From: Raillietiella orientalis | Lineage: Eukaryota | Length of the DNA: 20,000 nucleotides | Direction: 5' to 3' | NCBI GenBank assembly: GCA_036172245.1 | Contig: JAYWIR010000100.1 | Span: 178,545-198,544 of the forward strand | Program-made: the position numbers and the translations under genes | Shown here: in pieces, positions 1 to 12,000 of the stretch | Layout of the letters: each line of letters starts with the position of its first letter | Numbering within the stretch: the stretch's first letter is position 1 | Notes under the pieces: generated by a model | What the model was told of the DNA's origin: nothing | What the model saw: the letters and a program-made list of their open reading frames with translations, nothing else | Database searches by the model: none

Positions 1-3000
1 AATTTGCCACTCACTGCAAATGTATGCTTAGTGAAAAGGCGCAAAAGTGCTATAGTAAAATCCCCTCATTTCCAATTGGTTACAAACCTTGAAAGTTTGC
101 AAATTTTTACCACATACTGAAGTAGAGCGAAGGAAAAAATTCCTCTTCTACGTACGACACTGGTTACTATGAAAACAACAGATAGACAAAAGTGCCACGC
201 CCTAATCTTATTTCGAACACTTCATAATCATGCTCTGAAATCGGGAAATTGGTAGGCCTTTAGACTCTCCATGACGGGAATTTGGCACTTACTGCAAATG
301 GATGCTTACTGAAAAGGGTCAATATTGCAACAGTTATATCCCCTGATTTCCAATTGTTCAAAGCCTGAAAGGATGCAAATTTCTACCACATCATGAATCA
401 GAGCGAAGTATAAGATTCCTCTTCTAGGGACGACACTGCTTACCATGAAAACAACACAGAGACTAAAGTGCCACGCCCTAACCTATTTTCGACCTCTTCT
501 TAGTCATCCTCTCAAATCAGGAAAATGGAAGGCCGTGAGCCTCTCCATGACATGAATTTGCCACTCACTGAAAATAGATGCTTCGTGAGGAGGAGCAAAA
601 TTGCAATGGTGAAATCCCCTGATTTCGAATTGATTACAAAACCTGAAAAGTTGCAAATTACTACCATATTATGAAGCAGAACGAAGTATAAGATTCCTCT
701 TCTAGTTAGGACACTGTTTACCATGAAGACAACACAGAGACCAAAGTAACACCCCCTAATCTGATTTCGAACACTTCTTAGTCATGCTCTGAAATCAGGA
801 AAATGGAAGGCCGTGAGCCTCTCCATGACGGGAATTTGCACTCACTGAAAATGTTTGCTTAGTAAAAAGGCGCAAAAGTGCTATAGTAAAATCCTTTGAT
901 TTCCAATTGTTTACAAACCATGAAAGTTTGCAAGTTTTTACCACATACTGAATTAGAGCGAAGGAAACAATTCCTCTTCTAGGTACTACACTGGTTACCA
1001 TGAAAACAACACAGAGACCAAAGTGCCACGGCCTAATGAAATTTCGAACTCTTCTTAATCATGCTCTGAAATTAGGAAATTGGAAGGACTTGAGCCTCTC
1101 CATGACGCGAATTTGCCACTCACTGGAAATAGATGCTTCGTGAAGAGGTGCAAAACTGCCATGGAGAAATCCCCTGATTTCGAATTGATCACCAAGCCTG
1201 AAAGGTTGCAAATTTTTGCCACATCTTGAATCAGAGCGAAGTATAAAATTCCTCTTCTAGGAACGACAGTGGTTACCATGAAGACAACACAGAGACCAAA
1301 GTAACACCCCCTAATCTGATTTCGAACACTTCTTAGTCATGCTCTGAAATCAGGAAAATGGAAGGCCGTGAGCCTCTCCATGACGGGAATTTGCCACTCA
1401 CTGAAAATGTTTGCTTAGTAAAAAGGCGTAAAAGTGCTATAGTAAAATCCCCTGATTTCCAATTGGTTACAAACCCTGAAAGTTTGCAAATTTTTACCAC
1501 ATACTGAAGTAGAGCGAAGGAAAAAATTCCTCTTCTACGTACGACACTGGTTACTATGAAAACAACAGATAGACAAAAGTGCCACGCCCTAATCTAATTT
1601 CGAACACTTCATAATCATGCTCTGAAATCGGGAAATTGGTAGGCCTTTAGACTCTCCATGACGGGAATTTGGCACTTACTGCAAATGGATGCTTACTGAA
1701 AAGGGTCAATATTGCAACAGTTATATCCCCTGATTTCCAATTGTTTACAAAGCCTGAAAGGATGCAAATTTCTACCACATCATGAATCAGAGCGAAGTAT
1801 AAGATTCCTCTTCTAGGGACGACACTGCTTACCATGAAAACAACACAGAGACTAAAGTGCCACGCCCTAACCTATTTTCGACCTCTTCTTAGTCATCCTC
1901 TCAAATCAGGAAAATGGAAGGCCGTGAGCCTCTCCATGACATGAATTTGCCACTCACTGCAAATAGATGCTTCGTGAAGAGGAGCAAAATTGCAATGGTG
2001 AAATCGCCTGATTTCGAATTGATTACAAAACCTGAAAAGTTGCAAATTACTACCATATTATGAAGCAGAACGAAGTATAAGATTCCTCTTCTAGTTAGGA
2101 CACTGTTTACCATGAAGACAACACAGAGACCAAAGTAACACCCCCTAATCTGATTTCGAACACTTCTTAGTCATGCTCTGAAATCAGGAAAATGGAAGGC
2201 CGTGAGCCTCTCCATGACGGGGAATTTGCACTCACTGAAAATGTTTGCTTAGTAAAAAGGCGCAAAAGTGCTATAGTAAAATCCCCTGATTTCCAATTGT
2301 TTACAAACCATGAAAGTTTGCAAGTTTTTACCACATACTGAATTAGAGCGAAGGAAACAATTCCTCTTCTAGGTACTACACTGGTTACCATGAAAACAAC
2401 ACAGAGACCAAAGTGCCACGGCCTAATGAAATTTCGAACTCTTCTTAATCATGCTCTGAAATTAGGAAATTGGAAGGACTTGAGCCTCTCCATGACGCGA
2501 ATTTGCCACTCACTGGAAATAGATGCTTCGTGAAGAGGTGCAAAACTGCCATGGAGAAATCCTGATTTCGAATTGATCATGAAAGCTGTTGAGTTTTTGC
2601 CAAATAGGTCTGAATCAGAGCGAAGTATAAGATTCCTCTTCTATAAACGGCAGTGGTTACCATGAAGACAACACAGAGACCAAAGTAACACCCCCTAATC
2701 TGATTTCGAACACTTCTTAGTCATGCTCTGAAATCAGGAAAATGGAAGGCCGTGAGCCTCTCCATGACGGGAATTTGCCACTCACTGAAAATGTTTGCTT
2801 AGTAAAAAGGCGTAAAAGTGCTATAGTAAAATCCCCTGATTTCCAATTGGTTACAAACCATGAAAGTTTGCAAATTTTTACCACATACTGAATTAGAGCG
2901 AAGGAAACAATTCCTCTTCTAGGTACGACACTGCTTACCATGAAAACAACACAGAGACCAAAGTGCCACGCCCTAATCTAATTTCGAACACTTCATAATC

Positions 3001-6000
3001 ATGCTCTGAAATCGGGAAATTGGTAGGCCTTTAGACTCTCCATGACGGGAATTTGGCACTCACTGCAAATGGATGCTTACTGAAAAGGGTCAATATTGCA
3101 ACAGTTATATCCCCTGATTTCCAATTGTTTACAAAGCCTGAAAGGATGCAAATTTCTACCACATCATGAATCAGAGCGAAGTATAAGATTCCTCTTCTAG
3201 GGACGACACTGCTTACCATGAAAACAACACAGAGACTAAAGTGCCACGCCCTAACCTATTTTCGACCTCTTCTTAGTCATCCTCTCAAATCAGGAAAATG
3301 GAAGGCCGTGAGCCTCTCCATGACATGAATTGGCCACTCACTGCAAATTGAAGCATCGTGAAGAGGAGCAAAAATGCAATGGTGAAATCCCCTGATTTCG
3401 AATTGATTACAAAGCCTGTAAGGTAGCAAATTTTTACCACATCATGGATCAGAGCGAACGAAAATATTCCTCTTCTAGGTACGACACTGCTTACCATGAA
3501 AACAACACAGAGACCAAAGTGTCACCCCCTAATCTAATTTCGAACACTTCTTAATCATCCGCAGTAATCAGGAAATTGGAAGGCCTTGAGGCTTTCGATG
3601 ACGGAAATTTGCCACTCACTGCAAATGTATGCTTAGTGAAAAGGCGCAAAAGTGCTATAGTAAAATCCCCTGATTTCCAATAGTTTACAAACCATGAAAG
3701 TTTGCAAGTTTTTACCACATACTGAATTAGAGCGAAGGAAACAATTCCTCTTCTAGGTACTACACTGGTTACCATGAAAACAACATAGAGACCAAAGTGC
3801 CACGTCCTAATGAAATTTCGAACTCTTCTTAATCATGCTCTGAAATTAGGAAATTGGAAGGACTTGAGACTCTCCATGACGCGAATTTGCCACTCACTGG
3901 AAATAGATGCTTCGTGAAGAGGTGCAAAACTGCCATGGAGAAATCCCCTGATTTCGAATTGATCACCAAGCCTGAAAGGTTGCAAATTTTTGCCACATCT
4001 TGAATCAGAGCGAAGTATAAGATTCCTCTTCTAGGAACGACAGTGGTTACCATGAAGACAACACAGAGACCAAAGTAACACCCCCTAATCTGATATCGAA
4101 CACTTCTTATTCATGCTCTGAAATCAGGAAAATGGAAGGCCGTGAGCCTCTCCATGACGGGAATTTGCCACTCACTGAAAATGTTTGCTTAGTAAAAAGG
4201 CGTAAAAGTGCTATAGTAAAATCCCCTGATTTCCAATTGGTTACAAACCCTGAAAGTTTGCAAATTTTTACCACATACTGAAGTAGAGCGAAGGAAAAAA
4301 TTCCTCTTCTACGTACGACACTGGTTACTATGAAAACAACAGATAGACAAAAGTGCCACGCCCTAATCTTATTTCGAACACTTCATAATCATGCTCTGAA
4401 ATCGGGAAATTGGTAGGCCTTTAGACTCTCCATGAGGGGAATTTGGAACTTACTGCAAATGGATGCTTACTGAAAAGGGTCAATATTGCAACAGTTATAT
4501 CCCCTGATTTCCAATTGTTTACAAAGCCTGAAAGGATGCAAACTTCTACCACATCATGAATCAGAGCGAAGTATAAGATTCCTCTTCTAGGTAGAACACT
4601 GTTTACCATGAAGACAACACAGAGACCAAAGTAACACCCCCTAATCTGATTTCGAACACTTCTTAGTGATGCTCTGAAATCAGGAAAATGGAAGGCCGTG
4701 AGCCTCTCCATGACGGGAATTTGCCACTCACTGAAAATGTTTGCTTAGTAAAAAGGCGTAAAAGTGCTATAGTAAAATCCCCTGATTTCCAATTGGTTAC
4801 AAACCATGAAAGTTTGCAAATTTTTACCACATACTGAAGTAGAGCGAAGGAAAAAATTCCTCTTCTACGTACGACACTGGTTACTATGAAAACAACAGAT
4901 AGACCAAAGTGCCACGCCCTAATCTAATTTCGAACACTTCATAATCATGCTCTGAAATCGGGAAATTGGTAGGCCTTTAGACTCTCCATGACGGGAATTT
5001 GGCACTTACTGCAAATGGATGCTTACTGAAAAGGGTCAATATTGCAACAGTTATATCCCCTGATTTCCAATTGTTTACAAAGCCTGAAAGGATGCAAATT
5101 TCTACCACATCATGAATCAGAGCGAAGTATAAGATTCCTCTTCTAGGGACGACACTGCTTACCATGAAAACAACACAGAGACTAAAGTGCCACGCCCTAA
5201 CCTATTTTCGACCTCTTCTTAGTCATCCTCTCAAATCAGGAAAATGGAAGGCCGTGAGCCTCTCCATGACATGAATTTGCCACTCACTGCAAATAGATGC
5301 TTCGTGAAGAGGAGCAAAATTGCAATGGTGAAATCCCCTGATTTCGAATTGATTACAAAACCTGAAAAGTTGCAAATTACTACCATATTATGAAGCAGAA
5401 CGAAGTATAAGATTCATCTTCTAGTTAGCACACTGTTTACCATGAAGACAACACAGAGACCAAGGTAACACCCCCTAATCTGATTTCGAACACTTCTTAG
5501 TCATGCTCTGAAATCAGGAAAATGGAAGGCCGTGAGCCTCTCCATGACGGGAATTTGCCACTCACTGAAAATGTTTGCTTAGTAAAAAGGCGTAAAAGTG
5601 CTATAGTAAAATCCCCTGATTTCCAATTGGTTACAAACCATGAAAGTTTGCAAATTTTTACCACATACTGAATTAGAGCGAAGGAAACAATTCCTCTTCT
5701 AGGTACGACACTGCTTACCATGAAAACAACACAGAGACCAAAGTGCCACGCCCTAACCTAATTTCGAACTCTTCTTAGTCATCCTCTGAAATCAGGAAAT
5801 TGAAAGGCCGTGAGCCTCTCCATGACGGGAATTTGCCACTCACTGAAAATGTTTGCTTAGTAAAAAGGCGTAAAAGTGCTATAGTAAAATCCCCTGATTT
5901 CCAATTGGTTACAAACCATGAAAGTTTGCAAATTTTTACCACATACTGAATTAGAGCGAAGGAAACAATTCCTCTTCTAGGTACGACACTGCTTACCATG

Positions 6001-9000
6001 AAAACAACACAGAGACCAAAGTGCCACGCCCTGACCTAATTTCGAACTCTTCTTAGTCATCCTCTGAAATCAGGAAATTGGAAGGCCGTGAGCCTCTCCA
6101 TGACATGAATTGGCCACTCACTGCAAATTGATGCATCGTGAAGAGGAGCAAAACTGCAATGGTGAAATCCCCTGATTTCGAATTGATTACAAAGCCTGTA
6201 AGGTAGCAAATTTTTACCACATCATGGATCAGAGCGAACGAAAATATTCCTCTTCTAGGTACGACACTGCTTACCATGAAAACAACACAGAGACCAAAGT
6301 GCCACCCCCTAATCTAATTTCGAACACTTCTTAATCATCCGCTGTAATCAGGAAATTGGAAGGCCTTGAGGCTTTCGATGACGGAAATTTGCCACTCACT
6401 GCAAATGTATGCTTAGTGAAAAGGCGCAAAAGTGCTATAGTAAAATCCCCTCATTTCCAATTGGTTACAAACCCTGAAAGTTTGCAAATTTTTACCACAT
6501 ACTGAAGTAGAGCGAAGGAAAAAATTCCTCTTCTACGTACGACACTGGTTACTATGAAAACAACAGATAGACAAAAGTGCCACGCCCTAATCTAATTTCG
6601 AACACTTCATAAGCATGCTCTGAAATCGGGAAATTGGTAGGCCTTTAGACTCTCCATGACGGGAATTTGGCACTTACTGCAAATGGATGCTTACTGAAAA
6701 GGGTCAATATTGCAACAGTTATATCCCCTGATTTCCAATTGTTTACAAAGCCTGAAAGGATGCAAATTTCTACCACATCATGAATCAGAGCGAAGTATAA
6801 GATTCCTCTTCTAGGGACGACACTGCTTACCATGAAAACAACACAGAGACTAAAGTGCCACGCCCTAACCTATTTTCGACCTCTTCTTAGTCATCCTCTC
6901 AAATCAGGAAAATGGAAGGCCGTGAGCCTCTCCATGACATGAATTTGCCACTCACTGCAAATAGATGCTTCGTGAAGAGGAGCAAAATTGCAATGGTGAA
7001 ATCCCCTGATTTCGAATTGATTACAAAACCTGAAAAGTTGCAAATTACTACCATATTATGAAGCAGAACGAAGTATAAGATTCCTTTTCTAGTTAGCACA
7101 CTGTTTACCATGAAGACAACACAGAGACCAAAGTAACACCCCCTAATCTGATTTCGAACACTTCTTAGTCATGCTCTGAAATCAGGAAAATGGAAGGCCG
7201 TGAGCCTCTCCATGACGGGAATTTGCACTCACTGAAAATGTTTGCTTAGTAAAAAGGCGCAAAAGTGCTATAGTAAAATCCCCTGATTTCCAATTGTTTA
7301 CAAACCATGAAAGTTTGCAAGTTTTTACCACATACTGAATTAGAGCGAAGGAAACAATTCCTCTTCTAGGTACTACACTGGTTACCATGAAAACAACACA
7401 GAGACCAAAGTGCCACGGCCTAATGAAATTTCGAACTCTTCTTAATCATGCTCTGAAATTAGGAAATTGGAAGGACTTGAGCCTCTCCATGACGCGAATT
7501 TGCCACTCACTGGAAATAGATGCTTCGTGAAGAGGTGCAAAACTGTTATGGAGAAATCCCCTGATTTCGAATTGATCACCAAGCCTGAAAGGTTGCAAAT
7601 TTTTGCCACATCTTGAATCAGAGCGAAGTATAAGATTCCTCTTCTAGGAACGACAGTGGTTACCATGAAGACAACACAGAGACCAAAGTAACACCCCCTA
7701 ATCTGATTTCGAACACTTCTTAGTCATGCTCTGAAATCAGGAAAATGGAAGGCCGTGAGCCTCTCCATGACGGGAATTTGCCACTCACTGAAAATGTTTG
7801 CTAAGTAAAAAGGCGTAAAAGTGCTATAGTAAAATCCCCTGATTTCCAATTGGTTACAAACCCTGAAAGTTTGCAAATTTTTACCACATACTGAAGTAGA
7901 GCGAAGGAAAAAATTCCTCTTCTACGTACGACACTGGTTACTATGAAAACAACAGATAGACAAAAGTGCCATGCCCTAATCTAATTTCGAACACTTCATA
8001 ATCATGCTCTGAAATCGGGAAATTGGTAGGGCTTTAGACTCTCCATGACGGGAATTTGGCACTTACTGCAAATGGATGCTTACTGAAAAGGGTCAATATT
8101 GCAACAGTTATATCCCCTGATTTCCAATTGTTTACAAAGCCTGAAAGGATGCAAATTTCTACTACATCATGAATCAGAGCGAAGTATGAGATTCCTCTTC
8201 TAGGGACGACACTGCTTACCATGAAAACAACACAGAGACTAAAGTGCCATGCCCTAACCTATTTTCGACCTCTTCTTAGTCATCCTCTCAAATCAGGAAA
8301 ATGGAAGGCCGTGAGACTCTCCATGACATGAATTTGCCACTCACTGAAAATAGATGCTTCGTTAGGAGGAGCAAAATTGCAATGGTGAAATCCCCTGATT
8401 TCGAATTGATTACAAAACCTGAAAAGTTGCAAATTACTACCATATTATGAAGCAGAACGAAGTATAAGATTCCTCTTCTAGGTAGAACACTGTTTACCAT
8501 GAAGACAACACAGAGACCAAAGTAACACCCCCTAATCTGATTTCGAACACTTCTTAGTCATGCTCTGAAATCAGGAAAATGGAAGGCCGTGAGCATCTCC
8601 ATGACGGGAATTTGCCACTCACTGAAAATGTTTGCTTAGTAAAAAGGCGTAAAAGTGCTATAGTAAAATCCCCTGATTTCCAATTGGTTACAAACCATGA
8701 AAGTTTGCAAATTTTTACCACATACTGAATTAGAGCGAAGGAAACAATTCCTCTTCTAGGTACGACACTGCTTACCATGAAAACAACACAGAGACGAAAG
8801 TGCCACGCCCTAACCTAATTTCGAACTCTTCTTAGTCATCCTCTGAAATCAGGAAATTGGAAGGCCGTGAGCCTCTCCATGACATGAATTGGCCACTCAC
8901 TGCAAATTGATGCATCGTGAAGAGGAGCGAAACTGCAATGGTGAAATCCCCTGATTTCGAATTGATTACAAAGCCTGTAAGGTAGCAAATTTTTACCACA

Positions 9001-12000
9001 TCATGGATCAGAGCGAACGAAAATATTCCTCTTCTAGGTACGACACTGCTTACCATGAAAACAACACAGAGACCAAAGTGCCACGCCCTAACCCAATTTC
9101 GAACTCTTCTTAGTCATCCTCTGAAATCAGGAAATTGGAAGGCCGTGAGCCTCTCCATGACATGAATTGGCCACTCACTGCAAATTGATGCATCGTGAAG
9201 AGGAGCGAAACTGCAATGGTGAAATCCCCTGATTTCGAATTGATTACAAAGCCTGTAAGGTAGCAAATTTGTACCACATCATGGATCAGAGCGAACGATG
9301 ATATTCCTCTTCTAGGTACGACACTGCTTACCATGAAAACAACACAGAGACCAAAGTGCCACCCCCTAATCTAATTTCGAACACTTCTTAATCATCCGCT
9401 GTAATCAGGAAATTGGAAGGCCTTGAGGCTTTCCATGACGGAAATTTGCCACTCACTGCAAATATATGCTTAGTGAAAAGGCGCAAAAGTGCTATAGTAA
9501 AATCCCCTCATTTCCAATTGGTTACAAACCCTGAAAGTTTGCAAATTTTTACCACATACTGAAGTAGAGCGGAGGAAAAAATTCCTCTTCTAGGTACTAC
9601 ACTGGTTACCATGAAAACAACACAGAGACAAAAGTGCCACGGCCTAATGAAATTTCGAACACTTCTTAATCATGCTCTGAAATTAGGAAATTGGAAGGAC
9701 TTGAGCCTCTCCATGACGCGAATTTGCCACTCACTGGAAATAGATGCTTCGTGAAGAGGTGCAAAACTGCCATGGAGAAATCCCCTGATTTCGAATTGAT
9801 CACCAAGCCTGAAAGGTTGCAAATTTTTGCCACATCTTGAATCAGAGCGCAGTATAAGATTCCTCTTCTAGGAACGACAGTGGTTACCATGAAGACAACA
9901 CAGAGACCAAAGTAACACCCCCTAATCTGATTTCGAACACTTCTTAGTCATGCTCTGAAATCAGGAAAATGGAAGGCCGTGAGCCTCTCCATGACGGGAA
10001 TTTGCCACTCACTGAAAATAGATGCTTCGTTAGGAGGAGCAAAATTGCAATGGTGAAATCCCCTGATTTCGAATTGATTACAAAACCTGAAAAGTTGCAA
10101 ATTACTACCATATTATGAAGCAGAACGAAGTATAAGATTCCTCTTCTAGGTAGGACACTGTTTACCATGAAGACAACACAGAGACCAAAGTAACACCCCC
10201 TAATCTGATTTCGAACACTTCTTAGTCATGCTCTGAAATCAGGAAAATGGAAGGCCGTGAGCATCTCCATGACGGGAATTTGCCACTCACTGAAAATGTT
10301 TGCTTAGTAAAAAGGCGTAAAAGTGCTATAGTAAAATCCCCTGATTTCCAATTGGTTACAAACCATGAAAGTTTGCAAATTTTTACCACATACTGAATTA
10401 GAGCGAAGGAAACAATTCCTCTTCTAGGTACGACACTGCTTACCATGAAAACAACACAGAGACCAAAGTGCCACGCCCTAACCTAATTTCGAACTCTTCT
10501 TAGTCATCCTCTGAAATCAGGAAATTGGAAGGCCGTGAGCCTCTCCATGACATGAATTGGCCACTCACTGCAAATTGATGCATCGTGAAGAGGAGCGAAA
10601 CTGCAATGGTGAAATCCCCTGATTTCGAATTGATTACAAAGCCTGTAAGGTAGCAAATTTGTACCACATCATGGATCAGAGCGAACGATGATATTCCTCT
10701 TCTAGGTACGACACTGCTTACCATGAAAACAACACAGAGACCAAAGTGCCACCCCCTAATCTAATTTCGAACACTTCTTAATCATCCGCTGTAATCAGGA
10801 AATTGGAAGGCCTTGAGGCTTTCCATGACGGAAATTTGCCACTCACTGCAAATATATGCTTAGTGAAAAGGCGCAAAAGTGCTATAGTAAAATCCCCTCA
10901 TTTCCAATTGGTTACAAACCCTGAAAGTTTGCAAATTTTTACCACATACTGAAGTAGAGCGAAGGAAAAAATTCCTCTTCTAGGTACTACACTGGTTACC
11001 ATGAAAACAACACAGAGACCAAAGTGCCACGGCCTAATGAAATTTCGAACTCTTCTTAATCATGCTCTGAAATTAGGAAATTGGAAGGACTTGAGCCTCT
11101 CCATGACGCGAATTTGCCACTCACTGGAAATAGATGCTTCGTGAAGAGGTGCAAAACTGTTATGGAGAAATCCCCTGATTTCGAATTGATCACCAATCCT
11201 GAAAGGTTGCAAATTTTTGCCACATCTTGAATCAGAGCGAAGTATAAGATTCCTCTTCTAGGAACGACAGTGGTTACCATGAAGACAACACAGAGACCAA
11301 AGTAACACCCCCTAATCTGATTTCGAACACTTCTTAGTCATGCTCTGAAATCAGGAAAATGGAAGGCCGTGAGCCTCTCCATGACGGGAATTTGCCACTC
11401 ACTGAAAATGTTTGCTAAGTAAAAAGGCGTAAAAGTGCTATAGTAAAATCCCCTGATTTCCAATTGTTTACAAACCATGAAAGTTTGCAAGTTTTTACCA
11501 CATACTGAATTAGAGTGAAGGAAACAATTCCTCTTCTAGGTACTACACTGGTTACCATGAAAACAACACAGAGACCAAAGTGCCACGGCCTAATGAAATT
11601 TCGAACTCTTCTTAGTCATCCTCTGAAATCAGGAAATTGGAAGGCCGTGAGCCTCTCCATGACATGAATTGGTCACTCACTGCAAAGTGATGCATCGTGA
11701 AGAGGAGCAAAACTGCAATGGTGAAATCCCCTGATTTCGAATTGATTACAAAGCCTGTAAGGTGGCAAATTTTTACCACATCATGGATCAGAGCGAACGA
11801 AAATATTCCTCTTCTAGGTACGACACTGTTTACCATGATAACAACACAGAGACCAAAGTGCCACGCCCTAACCTAATTTCGAACCCTTCTTAGTCATCCT
11901 CTGAAATCCGGAAATTGGAAGGCCGTGAGCCTCTCCATGACATGAATTGGCCACTCACTGCAAATTGATGCATCGTGAAGAGGAGCAAAACTGCAATGGT

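Noticed and set aside
763..772. Pol III B-box, tRNA or SINE origin (minus-strand GTTCGAAATC)
   Set aside because: It misses the final C of GWTCRANNC, and I could not see an A-box or cloverleaf.
1135..1190. CENP-B box
   Set aside because: The TTCG/CGAA cores I checked do not fit TTCGNNNNANNCGGG on either strand.
1061..1250. 10-bp phased A-tracts (DNA curvature)
   Set aside because: AA/TT runs are frequent, but spacing by eye is irregular. A periodicity calculation is needed before any claim.
1137..1263. Heat-shock element (TTCGTGAA) and STAT-like TTCTAGGAA
   Set aside because: There are only two nGAAn units, and the STAT-like site is confined to a few variants. Such short motifs are expected by chance.
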